The notes beneath the pieces are model-generated. The model worked only from the letters and a program-made list of their open reading frames with translations. It was not told the origin of the DNA and searched no databases. 63,890 bases of DNA. It comes from a virus (lineage: Duplodnaviria; Caudoviricetes). The stretch is taken from the IMG/VR virus record IMGVR_UViG_3300045131_001062, positions 1-63,890 of that record; one strand, given 5' to 3'. The translations under genes were made by a program, and so were the position numbers. Of this stretch, positions 16,886-27,700 are shown piece after piece (positions within the stretch are counted from its first letter, which is position 1; each line of letters opens with the position of its first letter).

Positions 16886-19800
16886 TTTAATCATGCTTCC
16901 CTTTGGACAGTTAACTTTCATTACCACCTTTGACGATGATACCGTCGAGTTCAAGGGCAATGCTTCCAGCCTTAATACTGCATTAGATGGCATCAATGCT
17001 AGGTATAAGGCATTAGACAAAGAACTGCAAACTGTAAATGCCTCGATTGCTAAGGCTAATCATGGCATGAGGGAGCAAGAACTTCAGACTAAGGCACTGG
17101 TCCTTAGTATGGAGAAACGATTTTTAGCTGAACAGGCGCTCGCCACTCTTACAGGAAAATCTGTTGGACGACCTCCTATACAGGTAGCTGGGCATATCTA
17201 CGCTGCTGAACAGATTGCTCGTACTGCCAAAGATTCTGCAGAATGGCTTGAGTACCTTAGTGCTAAAGGAACTAATGCCTATTCTAGATTATCTGGGGCC
17301 GCAGTTAGTGCCGCCGCCACAATAGCAGCAGCTCACCGAGATATTGCTAAGAGTTCTTCTGCCGCGACCAGTGGATACATGAGTGGACGCGGCTACGCAT
17401 CAGCTGCGGCCAGTACGATGGCTTCCGGCGAGCGTATTCGGGCACACCGCAGTACCGTTGAAGGTTGGGTGATTCCCGATGGTGGTGCCGAAAAGATAGA
17501 TAAGATTACCGAAAGCACCAAGAAAGCAACGACGGCCAGCAAAGATTTGCACATCAGTTGGAACTCTATTGTCCGGCTGTTCGGTGTGCAAGTAGCCCAC
17601 CGCTTTGCCGCAGACTTGATTTCTGGATTACGTGAAGGTGTTGTGCAGGCCACAGACTTGTCTATCAAGATTGCACAAATCCAAACTCTATCGCAGGATG
17701 CCATTGTCCCTACGCGTGAGTGGGCAGAAGGTCTGCGCAATGTTTCAGGCGCATTTGGATTTGATATACTCGATACGGCTACTGCTTCGTATGAAGCCCT
17801 GTCCAACCAGATGGGTAAGGGCATTGACGTTCTTGGATTCATGGAGGATGCATCCAAACTTGCTATAGCTACCACTGGCAAGCAGATGGATGCCGTTAAT
17901 CTTCTTTCCTCGGTGATGAACTCCTACAATCTGGAGACTACAACTGCCGCACAGATTAGTGCTGCCCTATTCAAAGCGCAGGACTTGGGTCGATTCGTAA
18001 TGGCTGACTATGGTAATACGATTGGTAACGTTACGGCCCTGGCCTCGCAGTTGGGCGTATCCTACCAAGAAGTATTTGCTTCCTTGGCCTTAATGACTAA
18101 GGCTGGTATTAAGCATAATGAAGCGTCTACGCAGTTGCGCGGAATTATGCTGAAAATGATTCAGCCCACAGAAGAGACTGTTAAGCTCTTCAAGGAACTG
18201 GGTTACGCCACGCCAGAAGCTGCCGTGAAGTCTTTGGGCCTGTTTGGCGCGTTGGACAAAATCATCCACGCCACCAACGGGTCCATTTCTGAACTGTACC
18301 AGTACATTAATCGTATCCGTGGTGCGAGCGGTATCGCCGTGTTCGCTGGTGACCTACATGAAGCACACAATACCTTAAAAGAAATAACGGAGTCTACCAA
18401 GGAATTCAGTACAGCCTTCCAACTCGTGTCTGACGCTGCTGGACAGAATCTTGTAGTGGAATTACAGAAACTTAAGCAGTATTTCATCGTTGACATTGGG
18501 CAGGATGCTGTTGAAACCTTAGCCACTACCGCTAAGTACGTAGACTTGGTTGCTGTGGCCGTTGCTACACTAACAGCACTTGTGCCTGTATTAGCTGGTG
18601 CCACAGTTGGATTAATCGTCCAGTTCATTAAGTTCAGTGGCGTTGCTAATGCATTCTTGGCAGCTAATCCATACGCTAGAGCTTTTGCTGCTATCTACCT
18701 TACCGCGCAGGTACTGTCAAAGTACATGAATAAGTACTATACGGACCAGTCTGCGTACTATGATAAGATGTTTGAAGAAGAGCGGCAGGCTATTAAGTTT
18801 TATAGGGAAGAAGCCGAGGCACGGGTGGCTGCATCCACCAGAATAACCAACGCCATTGAAAAGCAACTGAATGCTTCTGCTGCAAAGGCCAGGCAGTCCA
18901 TTCTAGCAGCTGAAAAGCTGTATGCTGGAATGACGCAGAAGATTTCAGATGACTTTACCCTTATGACCGAGGAAGTGGGTCAGGCTTTTGCCGCTCAGAC
19001 CGCTGCCATCAAGAAGGGCATCACTGAAACCGAAAATGCTCTTAAGGCTATTGATGATTTTAAAGTCAGTGGTCCTAAGGATGCTAAAGATTTCGCCTTC
19101 AAGTTTAATCTTGACAATCTCAAGACAGCCCAAGAAAAGATTGACTTCATTGCTAAGCGGATTAAGGAACTGCAAAGCGAATCCGCGTCGGCAGAACCAA
19201 AACGCCGCACGGAAATCTTTGGCGAAGTAGCTAGCCTTATCGAGGAACAGCATAAGTTACAGATGGGTGCCATTGAAGCGCGCAAGGAAGCTGAAAAGGC
19301 TCTTGGTGACGAAGCCATTTCCACAGCCACTAAGCGCCGTGAGTTGGTTCGGGAAATCGAAAAGAAGGAACTCGAACTTGGTAATATCAAGAAGAACGAG
19401 CATGGTAAGACAGAACGCCTAAAGTTGCAGTCTGTCAATGCGGAATTGGAAGACCTTCGATTCACGTTGTCACAGTTCGATGAAGAAGCTGCTCGTAAAG
19501 AATCTCAACTGCAAAAGGACCTGGCGGATATTGGCATCGTTAGGGATGCTCAGATTGACGCCCTGCGGGCAATTGAGCAGGTTCGGAAGGATATCGAAGC
19601 TCAGAATGCTGTGGATGCAGCAGCACTTGATGCCAAACTAATTGCAGATCAGCAGAAAGTGGCTTATGCTAAGCTGCAAGAAAAGGAACTCGACCTTAAA
19701 GAGAAGACCTTTACTACGTTAGACTCTGACTTAAGTAAGGCTATCTCCGAGGGCAAGACAGATGAATTAGTTACTATGCTTGAACAGCGTGAAGAAGCTT

Positions 19801-20747
19801 TACTGGATTATCGTAAGGCTCTTCTGGCAGTCTTCCCCAACATAGACACTTCGGCACTTGACAAAGTAGAATCAGTGGCCGTAGACCGGGTGGCTAATGC
19901 AATGCAGGAGCGCGTCGTGGCTGATAAGGAAGAAGCCAGCAAGAAAACTCTAGCCAAGCTGCAAGAGGACAAAAATAAGGTTGAGAGAGAAATAGCCAGA
20001 CGCGAGGGCGTGGTTGAGCGATCCAAGTTTCTTAATCAGTCGGTAACTAAAGATCGACAGCCCTTAACAAATGAACAGCTATTACTACAGGCCAAAATGG
20101 TTGCGGCCACTACTGACATGTTCATAGATGCTTTCGGGTTGCCAAAAGATTTTGAAGAAGCAAAAGCACGCGTAGCCGAATTGCAGAAGCAGTACGAAGC
20201 AACATTTAAGCCCACCAAGACTGTAGACTTGGCTGCCGAAAAGCAAGCAATTGAAGCACTCAAGGGAGAAAGCTTAAAGCTTAATCAGGAAATAATCAAG
20301 TTGGCCGGCGACGTTGGCGTGAAAGAGGCAGAAATGGTAGCTGCTGTGGCCACCACAACGCAGTCCATAGATGAAATGCTGGAGGAAGTACGTAGACAGT
20401 TTGCCTTGACGGCCCAATTCATCATGGACACAAAGTCCACACTTGAGTCAGGCACCGTAGCTATACCTCCCAAGGCTTTAGGTGGAGCTATTCAATCAGG
20501 CCGCGATACAGTGGCAGCTATGTTGACTCCGGGTGAGTTCGTGGTCAACGCTGAATCCTCCAAGAGATTCTACAGTCAGTTGCTAGCCATCAACAGTAAT
20601 CGTTACGCTGGTGGTGGAAGTGTTAGAAATAATACTTTCGGTGACATTAACGTAACCCTAAACAGCAGCGGTAAAGCCAACATAGACGCTGTCGCAATCG
20701 GCAACGCTCTGAAACGTGAAATTAGGCGGGGGACACTCACATTATGA
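16875..20747 (+). CDS. Tape measure protein (TP901-type core)
   Basis: About 1290 aa Ala-rich helical; ASTQLRGIM core, TM-like segment, DTVAAMLTPGEFVVN C-terminal motif; start moved to ATG 16875 (AGGGAG SD). Confidence 0.93.
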   Translation: MQNDLIMLPFGQLTFITTFDDDTVEFKGNASSLNTALDGINARYKALDKELQTVNASIAKANHGMREQELQTKALVLSMEKRFLAEQALATLTGKSVGRPPIQVAGHIYAAEQIARTAKDSAEWLEYLSAKGTNAYSRLSGAAVSAAATIAAAHRDIAKSSSAATSGYMSGRGYASAAASTMASGERIRAHRSTVEGWVIPDGGAEKIDKITESTKKATTASKDLHISWNSIVRLFGVQVAHRFAADLISGLREGVVQATDLSIKIAQIQTLSQDAIVPTREWAEGLRNVSGAFGFDILDTATASYEALSNQMGKGIDVLGFMEDASKLAIATTGKQMDAVNLLSSVMNSYNLETTTAAQISAALFKAQDLGRFVMADYGNTIGNVTALASQLGVSYQEVFASLALMTKAGIKHNEASTQLRGIMLKMIQPTEETVKLFKELGYATPEAAVKSLGLFGALDKIIHATNGSISELYQYINRIRGASGIAVFAGDLHEAHNTLKEITESTKEFSTAFQLVSDAAGQNLVVELQKLKQYFIVDIGQDAVETLATTAKYVDLVAVAVATLTALVPVLAGATVGLIVQFIKFSGVANAFLAANPYARAFAAIYLTAQVLSKYMNKYYTDQSAYYDKMFEEERQAIKFYREEAEARVAASTRITNAIEKQLNASAAKARQSILAAEKLYAGMTQKISDDFTLMTEEVGQAFAAQTAAIKKGITETENALKAIDDFKVSGPKDAKDFAFKFNLDNLKTAQEKIDFIAKRIKELQSESASAEPKRRTEIFGEVASLIEEQHKLQMGAIEARKEAEKALGDEAISTATKRRELVREIEKKELELGNIKKNEHGKTERLKLQSVNAELEDLRFTLSQFDEEAARKESQLQKDLADIGIVRDAQIDALRAIEQVRKDIEAQNAVDAAALDAKLIADQQKVAYAKLQEKELDLKEKTFTTLDSDLSKAISEGKTDELVTMLEQREEALLDYRKALLAVFPNIDTSALDKVESVAVDRVANAMQERVVADKEEASKKTLAKLQEDKNKVEREIARREGVVERSKFLNQSVTKDRQPLTNEQLLLQAKMVAATTDMFIDAFGLPKDFEEAKARVAELQKQYEATFKPTKTVDLAAEKQAIEALKGESLKLNQEIIKLAGDVGVKEAEMVAAVATTTQSIDEMLEEVRRQFALTAQFIMDTKSTLESGTVAIPPKALGGAIQSGRDTVAAMLTPGEFVVNAESSKRFYSQLLAINSNRYAGGGSVRNNTFGDINVTLNSSGKANIDAVAIGNALKREIRRGTLTL

Positions 20748-21196
20748 TTACCTTCGTATGTGCTGATCCTGCTACATCCCTCGAACTCGCCAATCCCGAG
20801 ATTGGTGACAAGATAGTTGTAGACCACAAGATGATTATACACACCACGAAAGCTGGTGAGTACAAAATCCGCATCCCGCTGGGGCGGACTAGCGTCACTA
20901 CTAGGAAGTTTGATTTTGCGGCACTTACCGCTGCTAAAGTAACAGCACTGAAAGCATTCCTGTATGCTACGGCAGGCAAGGAACTTACTCTCACTGATCA
21001 TTTAGGTGTAGAATCCACTTGTTACATTTTAACGCCGGCTTTCAACATTGTTACACGGCAGGATGGTTGCACGTATGAGGTAGGTTTTGAGTTCCTAGAC
21101 TACGGTGGAATAGCCACGGCAACCTACAACATCCTCACCCAATCTGGTGAATACATCCTAACCGAAAGCGGAGAGGAAATCTTGTATGAGCATTAG
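20744..21196 (+). CDS. Distal tail-like protein, copy 1
   Basis: Directly after TMP; similar to the next gene. Confidence 0.55.
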   Translation: MITFVCADPATSLELANPEIGDKIVVDHKMIIHTTKAGEYKIRIPLGRTSVTTRKFDFAALTAAKVTALKAFLYATAGKELTLTDHLGVESTCYILTPAFNIVTRQDGCTYEVGFEFLDYGGIATATYNILTQSGEYILTESGEEILYEH

Positions 21197-21545
21197 ACTG
21201 GCCGTAGGTCTTAATCATGTTGATTTGCCAAATCCCACTTTGGGGGATGGTGATGAACTCAACATCAAGACAAGGTACTTATTCACTATGTCCAGTGAGG
21301 TTCATAGCTATAAGTATACTCCATCTGCGCGCAAGTGGACGCTTATGTTCAACGCCATTTCTATTGATAATCTGGCCGACTTGGTAGACTTCATCCAGAC
21401 CTACGCCAATGTGACTGTGACCTTCACTGATTGGTTGAATCAGTCTTACTCAGTCAGGATCGCCACTCCAGTTTCAGAGTTCACAACGTTATTAGAGAGT
21501 GACTGTTCAATTCTTGATACGCAACTGGAACTGGTGGCTGCTTAA
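21186..21545 (+). CDS. Distal tail-like protein, copy 2
   Basis: LPNPTLGD..FTDWLN parallels LANPEIGD..LTDHLG of copy 1. Confidence 0.55.
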   Translation: MSIRLAVGLNHVDLPNPTLGDGDELNIKTRYLFTMSSEVHSYKYTPSARKWTLMFNAISIDNLADLVDFIQTYANVTVTFTDWLNQSYSVRIATPVSEFTTLLESDCSILDTQLELVAA

Positions 21546-21554
21546 GGAGTAATT

Positions 21555-21803
21555 ATGGCTAAGAAAATAACAGAATTTCCTAGTGCATCTACATTAGTGG
21601 ATGCAGATTTAATCCCAATGGTAGTGGATACCGGCGGGGCACCAACGACCAAAAAGATTACATTTGCCAATTTAGTGGCAGCCGTGGCTGCGGCTATCTT
21701 AGATGGTAGTACAGGACGTACGGTAACAGTGGCAGCAGTTGATCCAGTAACGGGTGACAGCGTAACATTAGAGTTCGAAGGAGGGATGCTTAAGAATCCA
21801 TGA
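21555..21803 (+). CDS. Small tail-fibre-associated protein
   Basis: KKITEFPSA..DLIPMV..TKKITFANL N-terminal fibre-type motif; AAGGAG SD. Confidence 0.6.
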   Translation: MAKKITEFPSASTLVDADLIPMVVDTGGAPTTKKITFANLVAAVAAAILDGSTGRTVTVAAVDPVTGDSVTLEFEGGMLKNP

Positions 21804-24754
21804 AAACACCAATTATACTTTTCTTTTTGTTAGTGGCGGCTGCTACTGCTGACTACGTGCCAGTGTCTTATGATAGTGTAACAGACACTTTCAAACCCGT
21901 TGGCATTGAGAGTGAAATCTATAATGATTCGGATGCAGTTGCCGCAGTAATCGCTGCATATCCCGGACTCGTTATAGATGGGTCTGTCTATATGGAGAAG
22001 TCCGTATATGACACTAACCTTGACGGTGTTGTGGACACTGTTGAGCAGATGCAGGAACTGCTGGATGGATTACTGGATCAGTGCACAGCCCCGTGGTACA
22101 ACTGGGCCTGCCCAGTCGATGCTAATGGGCAAGATCTGCAGAATGTCGGCAATGGCGAGTTTGAATCCATTACATTGGGTGGCGTTACCCTCACTAGCTG
22201 GACTACAACCGAGGACGGCGTAGTGATCCTGCCCGGTAACGTACTACTTCAAGTGGATTATCCAAATGATGGCCGCTCTCGTGAAGGTACCATTCACTTT
22301 GAGTGCTACGATAATCCCGGCATGTATGGCTGGCCACTGTATGAAACTTCGTATGAAGTAACCATTCTTGCGTCCGACCCGTCGTACTTGATCAGCCTGC
22401 AAGCCAACATGCTTGGTTCAACTTGGTGGTATTGTTGGTTTGACTCCAATGAAGATTCTGTGTATAATGACTACAAAGACATTAGTGGGACAACTAAGTT
22501 ACTTGGTGTCGAACCGGGTTGCTTAGCCGAACATAATCCACAGATGTTTTCTAGCGTTACAGACTCTAAGGTGATTCGTTTTAATCTTGTTGATCAGAAG
22601 GGTACGACGCCACGGATTGGCTGGGCATATGCGGATGTTGGTGACTCTCATGATGTTCAGGCACAAATAATTACTACCGATACTGGAACTGGAACGATTC
22701 CGCCATCAGATTTCACAGCTGCGGCTGGTGGCAGTCATGGCGGGAATCCATGGCATCCGGCTAATGGCAGCACAATCTCTGGCGTACATAGCTATGTCGG
22801 TGATTTCTTAGTTGGCACCAATGAAACTGTGTACGTTACTAGCTATATCACAGACCAATCCTATGGTGGTTGGTTAGTTGTGTTTGCCAGTAACATCTTC
22901 ATATATGGTAAGATTGAAGGTAGCTTCAAAGGATACCCCGGAGGAAATGGTGGTGGCGGTGGCGGTGGCGGTATTGACTGGCAGCATGATCAAGTAGGTG
23001 CTGGTGGTGCCCGCGGAACTGGCTGGGGCGTGTGGGGTGGAGTTGGCACAGCCGGACAGAAACAGAATCCTAGCATTGGTGGTTTTAATGGTGGCAGCGG
23101 CGGACTTGGAGCAGTAGGATTTGGTCCTTATGCTGGTGCTGCTACACTGAGTACATATCAAACCTTTGTTAGCGGTGCATGTTCAGTCAATAGTGAAATC
23201 TTCAACTTCACTTGGTACTACGACGGCAATAATGGCGGATACAATACAGCAAATGGAAACACACGCGAAGCAAAGAATCATACGCTGTATGCTGGTTCAG
23301 GTGGTTCTGGCGGTTCTGGTGGCTCGGGTAGTGCCGGTAGTTACACGGACAATGCACCGGAAGCCGTACTTGGTGGTGGGGGTGGCGGTGGCGGCGCTGG
23401 TGGAAGTGGTGGAGCGGCGATATGGTTGTACGCGTCTGGCCGCGCGGAGCAACCTACTCGTCCCTCTTTCGTGTTGAAAGGCGTAGCCGGAAGTGGAATG
23501 ACGATTGCCAAAATCCATGTCAAGAGTGGAAATACTTCTGGAAATGGTTCTGATGGGGTAGACGCTACTCAGGCCGGCACTATTACGTCGGATGGCGGTG
23601 CTGGTGGTGCTGGTGGTTGGACGACAGTTTCTGGTACTGGACTTGGTGGGGCAGAAGGACTATTTTTTGATAATGCCTCCTGCGGTAGAATTGTAGGTTC
23701 TTATCGTGGTGGTAATGGCGGTCAAGGAGCCGGCGGTGGCGTATTAATCAAAGCCCCAATCATAGTTATGGAGGATGCCGAAATAAGTGCGGCTTCTGCC
23801 GGAGTAAGTGGTAGCATCAAGGTGTTTTATAATGAGAGTGGTGATTACACCAAGAGTGCTACTACGTTTGAGTATGGCCAGCTATACGAGTATCCGGAAG
23901 CATTTACACTTCCAAGCAATGGGGACACCACTACGGTCGTGTATGATACACAGATTCGTAACCGCAGATTCTTATGCGAAGCAGATTACCTCAACAGCAC
24001 GGGTCGTGGTGGATTGCCCTTTGCTCGCCCTTACGAACTTATGGAATTAGCCCTGCTACAGATTCCCAGCACTACTCCGACTGTTGAAAAGGAGTTTCTA
24101 GGGGTAGATGTGTTCGGGGATGGTAGCAATGAAAGTAATCCCGGGCCTGCTTCCATTGCTAAGTGGCCGTCTAGCCTAGTGGTGCTCACTTCCAATGTTG
24201 TAGAGTTTGTCTACTCTTCTTGGGATCAGTATAGCACAATGCAACTCGAAATGTACGAGTCCGCTGGGGAGGAAGTTGATCCTACAATCAGTGGCTCGGA
24301 TATTGAAGGTGACTTGGGTGCAAATCTCAAGGAACAAAGTGTGATATTCAAAGTTACAATCACAGAGAATGCAACTGTAACTACGGAATACTATACATCG
24401 GACGCTTCGGGTGATATTCTTAATGACTCTGGCACTGACGTTGGCGATATCAACTACACAACGGCTGTCTTTAGCTTTGACTATGCTGCGCCCAGTGGAG
24501 TCCATACAGTAGAAATGACGCAATACTACGCTGCTTCCGCCGCATCGCCAATGTACTCATTCACTGGCTACATGGAGAACTCACGCTCAAATGGTAACAA
24601 GCAGCATCTGATTACGGAAGAGCGTAATGGAGTAACTCTTATTGACGGCAATGCTTATATGTGGCGTGTACGGGCACTGCCTAATATAGTGTCGCCCACA
24701 ATGGCCGAGGGTGAGTGGTCTGACTATGCCTTATTCATCAAGGAAGCCCAATGA
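21800..24754 (+). CDS. Large Gly-rich fibre/adhesin-like protein with signal-peptide-like N-terminus
   Basis: MKTPIILFFLLVAAATA-D; GGGGG/GGSGG-rich central domain; YMWRVRA Fn3-like end. Confidence 0.7.
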   Translation: MKTPIILFFLLVAAATADYVPVSYDSVTDTFKPVGIESEIYNDSDAVAAVIAAYPGLVIDGSVYMEKSVYDTNLDGVVDTVEQMQELLDGLLDQCTAPWYNWACPVDANGQDLQNVGNGEFESITLGGVTLTSWTTTEDGVVILPGNVLLQVDYPNDGRSREGTIHFECYDNPGMYGWPLYETSYEVTILASDPSYLISLQANMLGSTWWYCWFDSNEDSVYNDYKDISGTTKLLGVEPGCLAEHNPQMFSSVTDSKVIRFNLVDQKGTTPRIGWAYADVGDSHDVQAQIITTDTGTGTIPPSDFTAAAGGSHGGNPWHPANGSTISGVHSYVGDFLVGTNETVYVTSYITDQSYGGWLVVFASNIFIYGKIEGSFKGYPGGNGGGGGGGGIDWQHDQVGAGGARGTGWGVWGGVGTAGQKQNPSIGGFNGGSGGLGAVGFGPYAGAATLSTYQTFVSGACSVNSEIFNFTWYYDGNNGGYNTANGNTREAKNHTLYAGSGGSGGSGGSGSAGSYTDNAPEAVLGGGGGGGGAGGSGGAAIWLYASGRAEQPTRPSFVLKGVAGSGMTIAKIHVKSGNTSGNGSDGVDATQAGTITSDGGAGGAGGWTTVSGTGLGGAEGLFFDNASCGRIVGSYRGGNGGQGAGGGVLIKAPIIVMEDAEISAASAGVSGSIKVFYNESGDYTKSATTFEYGQLYEYPEAFTLPSNGDTTTVVYDTQIRNRRFLCEADYLNSTGRGGLPFARPYELMELALLQIPSTTPTVEKEFLGVDVFGDGSNESNPGPASIAKWPSSLVVLTSNVVEFVYSSWDQYSTMQLEMYESAGEEVDPTISGSDIEGDLGANLKEQSVIFKVTITENATVTTEYYTSDASGDILNDSGTDVGDINYTTAVFSFDYAAPSGVHTVEMTQYYAASAASPMYSFTGYMENSRSNGNKQHLITEERNGVTLIDGNAYMWRVRALPNIVSPTMAEGEWSDYALFIKEAQ

Positions 24755-27700
24755 GCAGAACGATTCCAGCAAACACAGCCGTTGAACTGGCTAAGCGTTT
24801 AGGCACAGAACTGACGCCATTTGTTGAGATTGCCTGGCCTTCGGGCACTCAATACTACAGCTACACAACGCGTACCTTGGGTGGGCGTAACTACCAAGGC
24901 AAGTTGCTGGAATTTGAAACCGTGCAGTATCAGGGCAAGCAGACTGCTACTGCACAGGTTTCAAGCGTTTCGATTAAGTTAGACGATACGGATGACTCTT
25001 TGAGGATTCTGCTGAATCAACATAATGCTGAACACATTGTGGCTAAGGTGTACATCAACTACCCCGTATTGTCCTCAACTACGGACAATATCTTGTTGAT
25101 GATTGGTAAAGTAACTTCGGACATTGCGTGGTCAGAAGCTGATCGCGCACTGTCATTCACCATTGACACGTTCATTACTAACAATGAAGTGGGGTATGCC
25201 CCAGCTGCTGGAGACTTTACCGGACTATTAGAAGAAGCTATCGACCAACCCTGGCCCCTGTGTTTCGGCTCTGTCTTGAAGGTGCCGGCACAAAGAATCA
25301 TCGGGGCTATCGAAGGTACACTGGAAACGGCAGTCTATCCCGACACAACGGAGTTCTACGTCAGTGGTGGCGAGAAGTTTCCGCAGGGCGTGTATATTAC
25401 GGTGATGATTAGCGGCGTTACCATGCAAGGTGTGTTCAACGGAACTCACTTTACAGTAACCACCATGTCGATGCCGCAGTCCACGGGGCCATTTGGTATT
25501 GCTGCTCGCCCAGATAACAATGATAATCCCCTGCTGTTCTGGTTATCTAGTTACGTTAATCTTGAGAATAAGTTCTTCTTGGCTAGTATAGACGGGCAGC
25601 AGTATGTCAACTATTGCACAGACCAGAATGGATTAATGTGCACGATGTCCTCGGCTTTCTCTTCTAATGAGTTAGCCACTACGGGTGACACCATAGATGA
25701 AGCGTCTGTGGTTACCCTGAGTAAGTGGGACGTTGATAGTATAATCAATGTAGTTGACTTACCCTCTGGCAATAACTCGTGGGAAATCGCTGATGGTACT
25801 GTGGTTAAGTATTGGGCCGCGGCCGGAAGATTTGATGCTTACGTGGCTAATCTGTTACCGTCCACTGTATCTCAGGTTTTAGGCAAACGCACCTTTCATG
25901 GAATGTCCGTGTACACGGTAATTCCATATTCTTACTATACCATTGTTGATGGGACGGCACTCACCAACAAGAATTGCACGTTGATTAAGTTCGCTAAGCC
26001 ACTAAATGAATACGAGAATGAAGGGTGGTCGGGAGATATCTATGTATCTCTGCGATCGAGTCAGCCAAGCGGAGACGTAGCTCCGAAGTCAAATACTGCA
26101 AACATAATCAAGTGGTTACTTGACACTTACGCTACAGGTCTTACTACTGACTCAGCATCTTTCTCGGCTGTTGCTAGTAAGATAGCTAACTATCCCTCCA
26201 GCTTTGCTGTCTTTGATCAACAGAAGGTTATTCAGCTTTGCGAAGACATTGCGTGGCAGGCTCGCTGTGCTTTGCTGATCGAGAACGATGTCGTGTATCT
26301 GCGATATCTTTCGCAGAACCCAGTTAATCAAACGTACATTGAGGCTGCCAATACGCTTGAAAACAGTCTTGTTCTTGGCTTATCATCATTTGATTCAATC
26401 GTTACCAAGCTCACGGCTACGTGGAAGCATAACTATTCTGGCGATGAAGACTCCCAACATGAGTATGTATATCGCAACAATATAAGCACCTACGGACTCG
26501 TGGAGCAGTCTAGAGACTTCTTCATCTACAATATCGAAGGGTGCGTACAAGCATCAGCTAGGTTCTGGGGCTATAGGTACTCTCACATCTGGCGGACGGC
26601 TACCTTGCAGACACTGATTAGGAACGTGCATCTGCAAGTGTTTGATATAGCCGAACTCAATTACGCTGTTTTAGGTGACAATAGCATTAATGGTGTAATT
26701 GAACTAGCTACCATAAGCCCCAACACACCTAATCTGGACCTATCTATTGAAATAGCTGCCAACGCAGGTACTGTAGTTGAAAATCCATTGTACTGGTGGG
26801 TGCCTGGTATAGACCTGTCTACTATTAAAGATCCCCTTACCGGACTAATCCTTGAGGATGATACTCCCGTAATTGAGGATGATACCACGGCTTCGGGACT
26901 AGGTGATCCAAATAATCCGACAGACCGGGATAAGTATCTAGTCTGGATGTGCACGCCTAGTTACATCTATCAGGGGCAGGTTTCTACTTTTAGGTTAGGT
27001 CTCTACGATGCCGCCGTGCCACATACGCCGCCGATTAATCAATCTGTGTGGGTTGAGATTGAGACTATTGGGTATACTTCTGCTAGCACGGGTCGTGTTG
27101 CAGACATACCAAAACAGTATGTGCAGATTACTGCTGGACTGTCCTCGATCAACATAACTGTGCCTATGACGCATGGTATTCTGGATCACGCCCACTTCTT
27201 TGCGCGGGCAGTGTCACCCGACTTAGATGAGTTAGGACAAATACGGCTTAATCCAAGCAATGAACCGATCTACAGGCGCGTTACGGATATACGACCCTCG
27301 CGCACTGACGATATTCCAGTGCAACTTCCTGAGGATGGGAATCCTCTTGCGGGATTACTGGAGTTTGTAACAACCCCAACTACCATTGAGAGGCGCGAGA
27401 CTTTCAATGTTACCGTTAAGGGTAAGGAAGGATTAAAGGGTATATTTCACATTACTTCTAATACGGATGACAACGACGTATTAGGAGCCGAAGGTATTGA
27501 GCGGGAATTTACGGGAGGGTTGCAGGTTCTGCAGTTCAGCGTCGTGGGTGGCTCAGGATCAGATACCTTCACATTAACGGTAGCTGCTACACCTAAAGAG
27601 TGCGATCCCGATGAAGATGTCTATGTGGAATCCAACACGATTAACATATCTGAACCCGGTTATGAAATCCCATCGGGCGATCCGGATGATTCTAACTATA

